64,000 nucleotides of DNA from an uncultured Phycisphaerales bacterium (GTDB taxonomy: Bacteria; Planctomycetota; Phycisphaerae; Tepidisphaerales; Tepidisphaeraceae). The stretch is from contig CAWJPJ010000008.1 of assembly GCA_963844715.1 (NCBI GenBank), forward strand, positions 768,001 through 832,000, given 5' to 3'. The translations under genes were made by a program, and so were the position numbers. Of the stretch, positions 10,391 to 22,224 are shown in pieces. The notes beneath the pieces are model-generated. The model had not been told where the DNA came from. It was given only the letters and a program-made list of their open reading frames with translations, and ran no database searches. Position 1 is the stretch's first letter. Each line of letters starts with the position of its first letter.

Positions 10391-13300
10391 TTAGTAGACG
10401 TAACTTACCGCGAAATCCTTGTTGAAATCACGTAGCGAGATGGCGTTGATCGTGCCCGTCCCGTTGTAGTCGAGAGCGGCGTTGTAATTCGAGTCGCCCA
10501 CCGACGACGCATAATCCCTATCGAACGTACGCAAATCGCCCGCGTTCACCGTGCCGACGCCGGTGAGATCGCCGAACAACACGTGGAAGTAGGGCGAAGT
10601 TCCCGATTCGGTCTCGTTCGAGGCGAAGATCGCCGGGGTCGACGATCCGCCGTCGAATTCGACCGTGGTCGACGTATCGGTAATGGCGGAACCGTTCAAC
10701 TTCAACTGGTAGATACCGTTGACGAAGAACCCGTTATCGTTACTGCCGGTGCGATCGAGGGCACCGCCCGGAGTGACGGACAGGCTTAGGGTTCGGGCAT
10801 CAGTGGACTGCACCGCTGTTACATCGGCGGTGACGTTGACGGGCGAGGCGCCGGTATTGATGGTTCCGTCCGCATTTAGGACTTCCTGATAAAGCGTCCA
10901 GGACCCGGCGTTGAGATCAACCGGAGCATCAAAGGTGACGCCGATGGAACCAATCGTGGACCGCTGCACCGCGCCGGTACCGACAACCGTGCTAAGCACG
11001 GTCGGCGCCGTCGGGGTCGCCTCGGTGACGCCGATGGAAAGTTCCGGAACTGCAAGCACGCCGTCAATCGTGTCGGGACTCGATGCGTTATCCACCCAGT
11101 GGGTGAAGACGGTCGAATTGCCTGGCGCCACAACGAGGCGGAACTTGTCCCCGTTGTTGAGGTCCGCGATCAGGGCGTCTTCACCAAGCTGGTTGTAATT
11201 CGCCAAAGCCAGCGAAGTGAAGCCCGTGAGCGACGAGGCCGCATTCCAGTTGACGTTACCCAGCAGATAGGCGGTTCCGAACTGCGTGCCGAAACCGTTG
11301 GGTTCCTGAGTGGTGTCGAAGAAGTGGGGATTGGCGGCTTGCGGCGAGACGGGGTCGATGTTCGACGACGAGTCGGACACAAGGTAAACATTCAGCGGGC
11401 CGCTGGCGCCCTCCGCCGGGGTGGCGTTGGTCACCTGCAGCGTGAGGTTGTCAATCGCCGTGATGGTGGCCGCCGGCGTGTAATTATTGCCGCCATCCGG
11501 GGTGTTGAAATCGAGCGCTCCGTAGCCGGCATAGCCCAGAGACGAGCTGGGTCCGGAGACTTCCAGGGTCGTTCCGGCATACGGACCGTCCGTCTGGATG
11601 GTTTCCTGATCGTCGCTGTATTCGGTGAGGGTCTCTTCATTGCTCGGCGTGTCCGCGCTATCGACGATCGTCACCGAAGTCGTTCCGTTGGTCCCAATGG
11701 TGGCGGCGACGCCCACTCCGTTCGTGCTCGGCGAAGAAAGCGTGATCGTAAACTCCTTGTCGCCGCCCTGATTGATGACGTCATCGATCGGAACGGTGAA
11801 GGTTTCACTGGTCGCGCTGGAGCCGGCGAAGCTGAGCATGCCCGACGTGGCGGTGTAGTTTTCGCCCGCCGTTGCCGAGCCGTCGCTGGTTGCGTAATCG
11901 ACGGTTGTCGTATCGTTGAGCGTCGCGCCGTCGCTGCCGCTGCGATCAACCCTAATGGTGACCGTCCCGGCGGTTTCGTTGACCGCATACGCGGCCTGAT
12001 CGAAGGCGAGCGTTTCAACCGGGGATTGGGTGTAAGTTGCTGCCAGGCCGAGGGTCGGCGTATCGGGGCCGGATTCCCCGTCCCAATCCGCCGCAAAACC
12101 GGCGCTCCCGGGCGTGACCGCCAGACGGAACGCCGTCCCGGTATTCATGTCGCTGACGATGTCGCTGGCGACGGTCGAATTAATCGACGCCGGCGTGTAG
12201 GTATCGAATCCGACCTTGTCATTATTGAAGCTGAAGGTACCCAGAAGGATTGGCGTTCCTTGCCCGTTCAGCCCGCCGACGTCGGCGGTCTCGAAGGTCA
12301 TGCCGCTGGTCGGCGTGGTGGTCTGTGAATCCTGGAGGTAGTAGACGTTGAAATCGCCGACGTGCCCGGCGTAGTTTCCGGTCGTCGCCGTGTTGTAAAT
12401 CTGCAGCGATAGGTTGTCTAAAGCGGTGACGTTCTGACCCGTTCCCGCGAATAGGCTCGGCGTGTTCGTCGGATCAAACTCGTAAACCTCGAAGGCCTGA
12501 TACTCGAATGACCCCGTTCCATTGGTGCCGCCGTTGACGTCACCATAGGTACTGTCGTATGGCCCGTCGGTTTCGATGTTAGTCGCCTCGGAGGCGGCGC
12601 CACTAAATGTGCTGGTTGTATTGGCGGAATCGATGATCGTGACGGCCGTGGTGGCGTTGCTCCCAATCGAGGCGGTGTCATCCCCTTGAGTCGGCGTATC
12701 CCCGGTCAGGGTGACAGTAAACATCTTGTTTCCGCCTTGCGGGCTGGCATCGAGAATCGGAACCGAAATCTCGGCCTGGGTTTGTCCCGACGCGAATGCG
12801 ACGGTTCCCGAGGTGGTCCCCGTGTAATTCGTACCGGAAACCGCGTTCTGACCGCCGAGCGTGGTCGCGGTGTAGTCGAGCGTGGTTGCGTCGCCGGTAA
12901 AGCCGGTCCGGAGGACGTCGACTTCGACGTTGCCCTCGGTTTCATTCACATTCACGTTCGGGTAGCCGACGTTGTAGGTTTCGGTGACGCCCCCGGCCGG
13001 TACTTCGTTCACGTCCATTTCAATTTCGGGGGTCTCGCCGGTCTGGCTGCCGTACCAATCCGCAGCGCCCCCGCTGGCGCCGGTGCCTTCGGAAACGATC
13101 GCCAAATCAATGGGAGTGCTATTGTTCGAATGATCGGCGTACTGATTGATATCGTATGCAAGCTGGCTCTCAACCGTCGAAGAAAGACCTGTAAACGTCC
13201 AATGCGAATACCCCAGAGCCAAACCCGAGGTGATCGTGAAGGTTCCGATTTCGTACGCGGAGGTCACGCCAAGACTGGCGGCGTCGTTGGTGCCCCAGTT

Positions 13301-13816
13301 GCTGCCCAGAGCGGCCAAATCGGTGGCCGTTGAACCTTTAATGCGAGTGGCTCCGACCCCGTAGAACAGGTTTGATGAACTGACCGGGTTGGTCGGGCTG
13401 CCCGATGGATCGGGCGGCATCAGATAGACCCCGAAGGTTCCCGCCACAGGGCCATATTCCCCGCTGCTGGAGCTGTTATCGAGATACAGGGTGAGACTAT
13501 TGACGGGGGTCGTGGAATTGACGCCGTAAAGATTATCGCTGGCATCCGGATCGATTGCCGAGATCGGGACGCTGACAAATCCCCAATTTGCATAGTTCGC
13601 GTAGTAGGGTCCGACGCCTTTGGCCTGTGGACCGGCGTCAACACCCATGTACGGGGCAAACGAACCGGTGTATTCGATCTGCACGCCCGGCCCCGCGCCG
13701 ACTGGCGTGGCCGTCAAAAAGAGACGCCGTTCAAGTTGTTCCAGTGTATTGCTCACCGCTCGGGCGCGTTTCGCTGCCGCACTGCGCGGTGTTTTTTTCC
13801 TCAGGAAGCCATCCAT
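10391..13816 (-). CDS. Large extracellular protein: LEPR-XLL-type N-terminus, two Calx-beta-like domains, dockerin/EF-hand-like C-terminus
   Basis: LEQLERRLFL motif; two VNETxG..V.V.R..DY.T..A..G.NYT..SG..FA repeats; GDLTGVGTVNAGD and DYNGTGTINAIS. Confidence 0.8.
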   Translation of the reverse strand: MDGFLRKKTPRSAAAKRARAVSNTLEQLERRLFLTATPVGAGPGVQIEYTGSFAPYMGVDAGPQAKGVGPYYANYANWGFVSVPISAIDPDASDNLYGVNSTTPVNSLTLYLDNSSSSGEYGPVAGTFGVYLMPPDPSGSPTNPVSSSNLFYGVGATRIKGSTATDLAALGSNWGTNDAASLGVTSAYEIGTFTITSGLALGYSHWTFTGLSSTVESQLAYDINQYADHSNNSTPIDLAIVSEGTGASGGAADWYGSQTGETPEIEMDVNEVPAGGVTETYNVGYPNVNVNETEGNVEVDVLRTGFTGDATTLDYTATTLGGQNAVSGTNYTGTTSGTVAFASGQTQAEISVPILDASPQGGNKMFTVTLTGDTPTQGDDTASIGSNATTAVTIIDSANTTSTFSGAASEATNIETDGPYDSTYGDVNGGTNGTGSFEYQAFEVYEFDPTNTPSLFAGTGQNVTALDNLSLQIYNTATTGNYAGHVGDFNVYYLQDSQTTTPTSGMTFETADVGGLNGQGTPILLGTFSFNNDKVGFDTYTPASINSTVASDIVSDMNTGTAFRLAVTPGSAGFAADWDGESGPDTPTLGLAATYTQSPVETLAFDQAAYAVNETAGTVTIRVDRSGSDGATLNDTTTVDYATSDGSATAGENYTATSGMLSFAGSSATSETFTVPIDDVINQGGDKEFTITLSSPSTNGVGVAATIGTNGTTSVTIVDSADTPSNEETLTEYSDDQETIQTDGPYAGTTLEVSGPSSSLGYAGYGALDFNTPDGGNNYTPAATITAIDNLTLQVTNATPAEGASGPLNVYLVSDSSSNIDPVSPQAANPHFFDTTQEPNGFGTQFGTAYLLGNVNWNAASSLTGFTSLALANYNQLGEDALIADLNNGDKFRLVVAPGNSTVFTHWVDNASSPDTIDGVLAVPELSIGVTEATPTAPTVLSTVVGTGAVQRSTIGSIGVTFDAPVDLNAGSWTLYQEVLNADGTINTGASPVNVTADVTAVQSTDARTLSLSVTPGGALDRTGSNDNGFFVNGIYQLKLNGSAITDTSTTVEFDGGSSTPAIFASNETESGTSPYFHVLFGDLTGVGTVNAGDLRTFDRDYASSVGDSNYNAALDYNGTGTINAISLRDFNKDFAVSYVY

Positions 13817-14323
13817 AGTTTTCTCCTTCCGAGAGTCAGCTAAAGGTGATGTGTCGTTCCTCACAGGAGGAAGAAGTGCCCGCCCGGCAGACATGACCGA
13901 CCGGAAGCCTCTCTCCCTACCGGGTCGGTACTATAGGCACGCCGCGCCGCGCCAATTTTTCAGATTTGATAAGATTTCATTCGAATCAAGCTACCGCAAA
14001 ACGTCGACCGCGCCCGTCGCTCATTGCGAGGTTGCACGAAGTCGCTGATCGCAAAACCACTAATGTGGGGGATGCACCGGAGGCGCAATGCGCCTCAAAG
14101 AGAGCCGCCAGTTTCGCGAAATACATTCCAAGGTTAGGAAGCGATGAAATTATCTTTAAATGGATCAAATGTGCCGAATGTTTCGTGGCATCTTCATGAA
14201 AATGTGGTTACATCATTCCTCAGATGTCGCGCAGGGTGGCGGTGATTGGCCACGTCAGGTCATTGCGACAATTTGTTAACAAGAAATCAACCGAACCATT
14301 GGGTTGGAAGGGCAAGGACCCAT

Positions 14324-14747
14324 GATGGTGGACACACCACAATCTTGTATTGGGCGTGATTCGCCCGCGCAAAACGGCGGCGAAGTAAGTTCGATGCGGT
14401 TCGCTTCGCAATCCCGCGACCGAGCCGTCTACCGCGAATTGCCGCCGGAGGATTCGATCAAGAGCGTCCGCTTTGGCCGTTTGGAAATGATCGAAGACCA
14501 ATACAGCGTAAAAACGCAAACGGGGAGCATCTCCCTTACGGCGGCGGAATACCGCGTTTTGTGGAAGCTGGCGCGAAACTTAGGGAGCGTCGTCGGCTAT
14601 CCCGACCTCGACCGCCCCGACGCGTCCAAACGCCGAGTCAATAATCGCGCAGTCCAGGCGATTGTCGCGTCGCTCCGCCGCAAACTGGGATCGCACGGGT
14701 GCGACATTCACACCACGCGCGACCTGGGATATCGCCTCTCACGGTGA
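14324..14747 (+). CDS. OmpR/PhoB-type winged-helix protein lacking a receiver domain
   Basis: ISLTAAEYRVLWKL..RAVQAIVASLRRKLG..IHTTRDLGYRL; start codon uncertain. Confidence 0.8.
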
Positions 14748-14920
14748 GCGCAACTCCGATCACCTCTTCATCGCCACGGCGAGCATGATGCGCCCGAGCC
14801 AACGCATCAGATTTAACGCTCCACTAATCGGCGATGGGGTTTGCGTTCTTACTCTGTTCTGCAAGCGGCCGGACGAGCAACGATCGCCGGCCGGCTCGAA
14901 GACAGGGAGAGGACAGGTCT

Positions 14921-15383
14921 GATGCGCACTGTAGGCGAAGTCTCACAAACGCCGACGGGAAAGATAACCTTCACCGCCGCCGCTATAGCTTGTATAGCGC
15001 TCGGGCTCTGGTCCATTCGTGGGTTCATACATGGGAGTGACGCGATCGACGCGGCGAACACGCGCATCTTTATCGACGCCGACTCGCTTCAGTCGTTCAA
15101 ATATACGGTTACCCCCACGACTTCGATTCCCGTGCGCTCGCCGTATTCGGGGAATCTGTCCGGCTATCCCGCCGAGCTGTGCTACTGGACAGCGGATGGC
15201 CAAATCAAGGACGACCCGACGCCTGTGTTATTGAATTCTTTTCTGCATCCCGGCTCGCATGATCCGACATTTTGCCCCGACTGCGGTCGCTTGGTCGTCG
15301 CCCACAATCCCAAGCCCCGGCCCGGCGATCGTCCACCTCCCACGCGCGCTGAATATTACGCTCAACGAGGCATGACCCCCTAG
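14921..15383 (+). CDS. Membrane-anchored hypothetical protein with Cys motifs
   Basis: N-terminal TM segment; YPAELCYW and FCPDCG. Confidence 0.6.
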
Positions 15384-15434
15384 CGCTCCGCTCACATCTG
15401 ACCAGCGGATCCGCACTTTATGCAGGGTGAAGAT

Positions 15435-16602
15435 ATGAATGGCGCAAAATCGACTCACAAAACCCCCAGCCGGGGATTTACACTCGTCGAACTCCTGGTC
15501 GTGATCGGAATTATCGCGATTCTCATTTCAGTTCTGCTTCCATCACTGGCCCGGGCGCGTAAGGCGGCAACGACGGTGCAGTGCATGGCCAACCTTCGGT
15601 CGATCGGGCAGGCTTTGCAGAACTATTGCACGCAAAATAATGGGTGGCTGCCGGGGAGCCCTGTTACGACTTCCGCCTACCTGGTAGGCGGTTGGAATGC
15701 ATACGGTCCGACTCCGTCCACGAAATACAAGAATCTGGCGGACAATAACCCGCTGAAGACCGAGTTGGTGCCAAACATACTGGGATACTACGATTGGGAA
15801 TCTCCGCTGGCGACGGTAATGGGGTACAACATCGATCAGTATGGCACCGGTCCGGATGTCTTTACCCGGCTTTTGCAGATCAACACCTATGGAGTTTTCA
15901 TTTGCCCGGCAAATCAGATCACTTATGCCTCCTATCCAAGCTCGGAGATCTATTGGCCCCCAAGTCCCCACATTACGAACGTCAAGTTCCCGGTGCCAAG
16001 CGGGCCGATGTACATGCCTTCGTACGTCGCAGCGATGGAATTCCTACAGAGCGGCAACATCGCCCAGGCGAACGGCAGCTATATAGCCAGCGTGGATTGC
16101 ACGATCCCCTCCGGGTACGTCCCGCGTATCGATAAGGTCGGTGCTTCGGCAAGGAAAATCTTCGTTGCCGACGGCGCTCGCTGGTCGTATGGGAGCGTCC
16201 AACCCGACGTGAGTGTTGGCACGGACGGCGATTCATCGGCGGCGTGGGCCGATCCCGGTCCGTGGGACGCCTATGGCCGATCCTGGGACCGCGAAAATGT
16301 TCCAGGCGGGATCAATACAAGTTCGGCGGTCAGCTACAGCGGCACGCAGTATGATCCTGCGCGCATGGGCTTGCCGTCACGGGGCGGAAGGATTTTTTCA
16401 GAATTCGAACCAATATTTGTTCAACGCCCTCTTCTTCGACGGGCATGTCGAAACGCTGGGGGATCTTGAGGGCGCCAATCCCGATTTTTGGGCTCCAAAG
16501 GGATCAGAATTCGTCGCAGGGGCAAATGGAAAGGGGTCTGTTTGGCCGGATGTGTTGAATTTCTTCTGCAATGGCACGTATCCTTATCGTGTAAATGAAT
16601 AA
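15435..16602 (+). CDS. Prepilin-type N-terminal cleavage/methylation protein with H-X9-DG-type C-terminus (frameshift near 16360)
   Basis: [33 protein letters not shown]; the second frame has RHG...[10 protein letters not shown]. Confidence 0.85.
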
Positions 16603-17609
16603 GAACAATGCGATGAAGGTCGAAAAGTTTTTCAGATTCATTGTTTTGATCGTCGTCCTCGTGACATTCACGGGGCGCAGCGCGCCATCGCTTGGATCGA
16701 CACCGGCCATCGAATCGTCTCCCTCGTCGCCTGGGCCGATCTGACCCCAACGGCGAAAGCGAACATCTCCCAGATTCTCCAGCAACACCCGCGCTATAAA
16801 CAGGATTTGCTCAACGGCCTTCCCGACGGAGCCGACCAAGCCGAAACCGATCGCTTCGCCTTCGAAATCGCCTCGACCTGGCCGGACTTGGTCCGCAGCT
16901 TTTCCAATCCCATGCACGCGGCGTACAACCACCCGAGCTGGCACTACATCGACATCCCATTCTGCATCGGCGGCGTCACGCCGCATTTTGACCCCGATAC
17001 CCGCCCCGGCCCGCATAACGTGATCGAGGCTTTGACCAAAAATACCGCCGACCTGCGAAGCCCCGGCGTTTCCGCCAAGGACAAGGCGATCGCCCTCTGC
17101 TGGGTCCTGCATCTCTGCGGCGACATTCACCAGCCCCTGCACTGTGCCTCGCTCTTTTCCCCGCAGTTTCCCAATGGCGACCAGGGTGGCAACGCGTTGT
17201 ACATTCTGCGCGATCCGCCCTATCCCGACACCAAGATGAAGCTGCACCTGCTCTGGGACGAACTTCCCGGGCAATATAAGAACGAGGAAGTCATGGCCGA
17301 TTTCGCGGCCGGCCTGTCGCCGATCCGCGCTACAGCCGCGACGCCCTGAAAGACGCGATCGCCATCACAGATTTCGCGGCGTGGGCGAATGAAAGCCACG
17401 ACTTGGCCGTTCGCTACGCCTATCGCAACGGAACGCTTGCGTTTTCCACAAGCCAGCAAGAGTCGTTGGCCACCGGAGAAGATCAGCCGCTCCCGCCCGG
17501 ACTTCCCCCCGGGTATCTCAAGGATGCCGAGGACGTGGCGATGACCCGCGTGGTTTTGGCCGGGTATCGCATGGCGGACCTGCTCAACTCCATCTTTGAC
17601 TCAAAATAA
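16595..17609 (+). CDS. S1/P1 nuclease, secreted (frameshifts near 16685 and 17320)
   Basis: Signal peptide then W.DTGH, WPD, WHYID, HLCGDIHQPLH, DQGGN, LHLLWD, WANESH and AGYRMA. Confidence 0.88.
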
Positions 17610-17614
17610 CCGCC

Positions 17615-19117
17615 GTGTCCCAGCCCCAGGCATCACCTTTCGTACCGGGTTACCACCATCTCGGCTATTCCCTCAAACGCATGGGCGACCTCGAAGGCGC
17701 CGTCAGCAACTATCGCAAGGCTCTGGAACTGAACGCGAACGATCCGCGCATCCTAGCCAATCTCGGCGCCTGCTTCTTGAACAGGGGAGATTGCCCGAGG
17801 CCCTGGAAGTTTACGCCAAGGCGGTCGCCCTCACGCCCGACAGCCCCGCGGCCCAGAGCAACTTCGGCGTCATTCTCGCCAAGCTCGGACGCGCAGCCGA
17901 ATCCCTGGCCGCCTTTCGCAAGGCGGTCAACCTCGAACCGCGCTTCGCCCTGGCCCATCGAAATCTCGGCGACGCCCTGCGCGGAAACGACCAGCTCGAC
18001 GCCGCGATCGAATCCTACCGCCAGGCCCTGGCGATCAAGCCGGATTATGCGCAGGTTCTATCCAATCTGGCCGGGACGCTTTGCGAATCGGGCCGGGTTT
18101 CGGAATCGCTGCCGGTTTTCGCAGAGGCCCTCCGTCATCGTCCCAGCGACGCTGAGACGCACTGGAATTATTCCCTGGCTCTGCTCACCGCCGGCGATTT
18201 CGATCGGGCTTGGCCCGAATACGAATGGCGATGGAAATGCCCGGGCTTCCGTTCAGCGCCGAGAAATTTCCCGCGCCCGCAGTGGGATGGCTCGGATTTG
18301 GCCGGCCGCACCATCCTTCTCCATGCCGAACAAGGAGCGGGGGACGCGATTCAGTTCATCAGGTACGCGCTTCTCGTCGCCGAACGGGGCAAAAGGGTAG
18401 GGGCCACGGTAATCGTCGAAGCGCCCGAGCCGCTGGCTCGACTTTTCAAGGGGCTTGCCGGGATTGACGAGGTCATCGTCACCGGCCGGTCGCGCGCCGA
18501 ATTCGATCTACACTGCCCGCTGCTTAGTTTGCCCGGTGCGTTTGGGACAACCCTGGCGGACATTCCCGCCAAGGTTCCTTACTTGCGCGCTCCCGAGGAC
18601 GAGACCAGGAAATGGGCCGGGAAATTGGCCGGGAAATTGGCCGGTGATCGGCAGGGATTGCGGGTGGGGCTGGTGTGGGTGGGAAGCGCGAGTCATACGA
18701 ACGATCGTCGGCGGTCGATTCCGGCGGAATTTCTTGCGCCACTGGGCCAAGTCGAGCGGGTTGTTTTTTACAGTCTTCAAAAGGAAGCCGGTGGGGCGGA
18801 GCCGGGATTGAATCTTATCGATCACACGGCCGAGCTAAACGATTTCGCCGACACGGCCGCGCTCCTGGCGAATCTGGACTTGCTCATCTCGGTCGACACG
18901 GCCGCGGCTCATCTCGTCGGCGCGATGGGCAAGAAAGTCTGGACGCTGCTGCCCTACGCAGCCGATTGGCGCGTGGCTCGAGGGGCGAACCGATTCGCCG
19001 TGGTATCCAACGATGCGCCTCTATCGCCAACCGGCGCGGGGAGATTGGCAGTCGGTGATAGCGCGGGTCGCCAGCGACCTCCAAGGGGCTTCTCCAAACA
19101 TTCGTTTGGAGGCCTAA
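17615..19117 (+). CDS. TPR-containing glycosyltransferase-like protein (frameshifts near 17795 and 18972)
   Basis: TPR repeats, YEWRW, EQGAGDAIQF.RY and LISVDT. The true C-terminus DWRWL..DSPWYPTMRLYRQ..GDW is in an alternate frame ending TAA at 19117. Confidence 0.85.
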
Positions 19118-19169
19118 GACCTCGTACGCCTTGCAAGCCCCATCCTCCAAAACCAACGGACTTCGGCGA

Positions 19170-19593
19170 GCTCAGGTTCAGCCCGGCGATGCAGGCGGGA
19201 CTAACAGATCACGTTTGGGAGATTGAGGAACCAATCGAACTTCTAATGTAAAATCCGGCCGTGGCCGAGCCTCTCGATTATGCAAACCCAAGCACCGACC
19301 AATCGGTTGGTTGCAGACGGAAGGTCGCCGCAACGGGTTTCGTGCTGGGCGGTCTATATCTCATCCTAATGGGATCAATACTGACGGCCTACGCATGGTA
19401 TTTCTTGCGGCGCAGCGAATCTCCGGGATTTTCCTGGGGTCCTGGTCAGTATGTTTACAGCATGCTCGCGACCTTTGCCATCGGCGGTCCGATCACTATT
19501 GGCATCGGGGTTATGCTATTCCTTGCCGGTATCAGAAAATTCAGACCACCGGGCCGTGGCGATAAAACCGCTTAATTCCAAACTGACCCACTA
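19170..19593 (+). mobile_element. Probable IS1-like element remnant (transposase tail, passenger gene, putative right end)
   Basis: SPAMQAGLTDHVWEIEE resembles a transposase C-terminus; ttccaaactgacccacta at 19576-19593 resembles recalled termini of such elements. Confidence 0.45.
19261..19575 (+). CDS. Small two-TM hypothetical protein
   Basis: PLDYA N-terminal motif and two hydrophobic helices. Confidence 0.6.
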   Translation: MAEPLDYANPSTDQSVGCRRKVAATGFVLGGLYLILMGSILTAYAWYFLRRSESPGFSWGPGQYVYSMLATFAIGGPITIGIGVMLFLAGIRKFRPPGRGDKTA

Positions 19594-19799
19594 AAAAGTT
19601 CAGTCGAATCGCGCAGCCGCGATTCCCTCCCCCGAAAAAAAATAAAAAAATCTCTCCCCTAGCGCAACCTCGTTCCCCTCCTACACCTGCAAACACGCGC
19701 CAAATTCCCTCTCACGAATTCCGCCCAAAAACCTTCAGCCCGCGCACCCCATATAGAGGCTCCCACTTTTCTTTCCCCCCTTTATCCAGAAAGGCCCCC

Positions 19800-20240
19800 A
19801 TGGAAACCGAACTCGCCACCCCCGACCAGCTCGAGCAGGAAAAGCAGCTCGCCCGTCTTCTTGAGGGTCTTCCCCCTCCCCAGTCCATCGCCATGCAGAT
19901 CATCCTCAACGGCGGCACCATCACCGCCGCCGCCACCGCTGCCGACGTCAGCCGCAGAACCCTCCACCGCTGGCTCCAGCCCGGCCAGCCCCTCGCCGCC
20001 GCCGTCGAATCCTGGAAATCCGACCTCTCCTCATGCGCCCGCACCCGCCTCGTCATGCTCGCCGACCTCGCCACCACCAACGTAGCCAAATCCCTAAAAC
20101 AAGGCGACGTCAAAACCGCCCTAAAAATCCTCGAAAAACTAGGCATCCTCGCCTCGCCCGCCGTCGGCCCCACCCACAACGAAATCCGCCGCGACGTCGC
20201 CCAACCGAGCCGTCATCTCCCTGTAAAATGGTTGAAGTGA
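19800..20240 (+). CDS. HTH-domain hypothetical protein
   Basis: GGTITAAATAADVSRRTLHRWL HTH; strong C-ending codon bias. Confidence 0.65.
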   Translation: METELATPDQLEQEKQLARLLEGLPPPQSIAMQIILNGGTITAAATAADVSRRTLHRWLQPGQPLAAAVESWKSDLSSCARTRLVMLADLATTNVAKSLKQGDVKTALKILEKLGILASPAVGPTHNEIRRDVAQPSRHLPVKWLK

Positions 20241-20477
20241 CGGAGATCTTTGCAGCATTGCCAAATTCGGCCAGAGCATCCCGGCGATTTTCCCATTTTT
20301 GACCAGATATTCGTAGAACTGCCCCGGTTGCTGTGGAGGCAAATCTCCTAGTATCCGACTGTTCATAGACTAACCCTTCCCCTCTTTAAATCCGCGAACT
20401 CGGCGCTGGTAGAGGTTGAAACGAACCTATGTAACTCGGCCAGCCGACCGTCTTGCGCGGAAATCCAAATAAAATAT

Positions 20478-21507
20478 TAGAGCATTTCCCAAATTAAACT
20501 AGCGGCTGGCGGTAACCGCAATGGCGGAAAAATCCCGCGGCATCTTCGGTCGTAACGGCGTCCATTGCCGCGAACACAGCCCGGACCAAGGTGTCGAACG
20601 TTCTGGGCTCCGCCGAGCGGATCAGTTGCTTCGCTTTGCTCCACATCATCTCGATCGGATTCAAATCCGGCGAGTAGGGTGGCAGCAACCACAGTTCGCA
20701 GCCGGCGGCTTCGATCAGGCGTCGCACTTCTGAATGTTTGTGCGGCTGCAAATTGTCCATCACCACGATGTCCCCGCTTCGCAGGCTGGGCACGAGCGCT
20801 TCACGCACCCAGGCGACAAAAACATCGCTGTCCATCGCCCCTTGAACAATCGCGCCGGCGGTCGCGCCGTCGAGCCGAACCGCGGCGATCATGGTGGTCG
20901 TGCTCCAGTGTCCGGCCGGGGTCTTGCACAACAACCGTTCGCCGCGGCCGCACCGGCCACGCAATCGGGTGAAGTTCGTCTTGGCCCCGGATTCATCCAC
21001 AAAAACAAGACGCTCGGGATCGACGTCCTTCAGCCGCCGACGCCACTGCGTCCGCGCGGCGGCGACGTCGGGCCGATCCTGCTCGGACGCGTGGAGAGAC
21101 TTTTTTTAAAGGAGAGGCCCAGCTTCCTGAGCCAACGGTCGACCGTCGACAGCGACACGTCCAGCGCCAACTTCTCTTTGATCTCGTTGAGCGTGGCATC
21201 CGGCCGGGCGGCCACGAACCGACTCAAACGAGTCTTCAACTCGCCGGTCAACTTCCCCTTGCGGCCACGAAGATGAAGCAGCGGTTCGGCCGTCCCCCGT
21301 TCACGTTCATCCTGTCGCACGCGGCGGACGGCCGACTCGCATCGGCCGAAGATCGCGGAAATCTCCTTCGTGCCTTTGCCGGCACGATACGCCGACATGA
21401 TCCATCGACGGGTCAGAGCGGTTTGCGATGCCATGGCAACCTCCTTGTTGAATCGGAGATTAGCAAAACAGCATCGATGGCGCTAGTTTAAAATGGGAAA
21501 TGCTCTA
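20478..21507 (-). mobile_element. IS630-family insertion sequence, complete
   Basis: Terminal inverted repeats tagagcatttccc(aaa/att)ttaaactagcg (25/27 identical including the TA ends); split DDE transposase. Confidence 0.95.
20494..21434 (-). CDS. IS630 transposase (orfA/orfB, probable programmed frameshift)
   Basis: HTH orfA ..LGLSFKK; slippery A-run at about 21101-21107; orfB has DESG, VVMDN and LPPYSPDLNPIE. Confidence 0.92.
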
Positions 21508-21793
21508 GTACCGTCACGCAGGCGGTCAATGCGAAGATCGCTGAGGCGAGCCTAAGAATTTGCCAAAGGAATAGCGTAAAGGCAATTGTCGCCAAAAGAG
21601 ATGCGCCAAGCCCTATCCATGCGCAATAGTCCGGCCGCGAAGCATCTATTTTCGGAAATTGCTCGAGATAGGCTCGAAGGGACGCGAATACGGGAAGCGC
21701 AATCGAAAACGTGCAAAGAGACAGCTTACCGGAAACCTGCAGCGGTCCCATGAAAGCCAAAACCAAAATACACGCGAGGCAAAATCCGGACAT
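21488..21793 (-). pseudogene. Membrane protein interrupted by IS630
   Basis: Removing the IS restores the C-terminus ..ACVTVLIFYLDFRARRSAGRVT* with its stop at 20427-20429. Confidence 0.6.
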
Positions 21794-22224
21794 TACTTCC
21801 GCACGCTGAAGCCGATAGGGGCCACGAATTATTTGCGGCCTCTTCGGCGAGCGCGGATCACTTGAGGATGTCTGAGAATCAACGATCTCAAAATGCTAAG
21901 GCAGATCAGGAGTTTCCTCAATCTCTCAAATGCGATCGGTAGGCCCGCTTCCATCGCAGGAGTAATGCGGAGCGGGCGTTCGGACGCTTGGTCATCCTGA
22001 GATTGCAGAATCTAACCGGTCCAAATTTATTACATTTAATGCGGCGGAGGTCGGACAAGCGGCCGTGTCTTCGGATCGGTTGAGGTCGAGCGCGAAGCTC
22101 GAAATTCCTTGCCAACCCCAGCAATCTCTCCGTCCCCCCTCTAATTGTTAAACAACTAACGAACCTTTCCCCACCCGACTCGCCCCCGCGCCGAATCAGC
22201 TACGATCTTCGCAGCTGATAAGCA

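Noticed and set aside
13820..14320. Riboswitch in the long divergent intergenic region
   Set aside because: Hairpins and AT-rich palindromes are present, but I could not recognise an aptamer consensus; an Rfam search is needed.
17596..19251. TPR glycosyltransferase fused to a transposase-like tail
   Set aside because: The conserved DWRW..SPWYP C-terminus is in another frame ending at 19117, so the fusion is a frameshift artefact.
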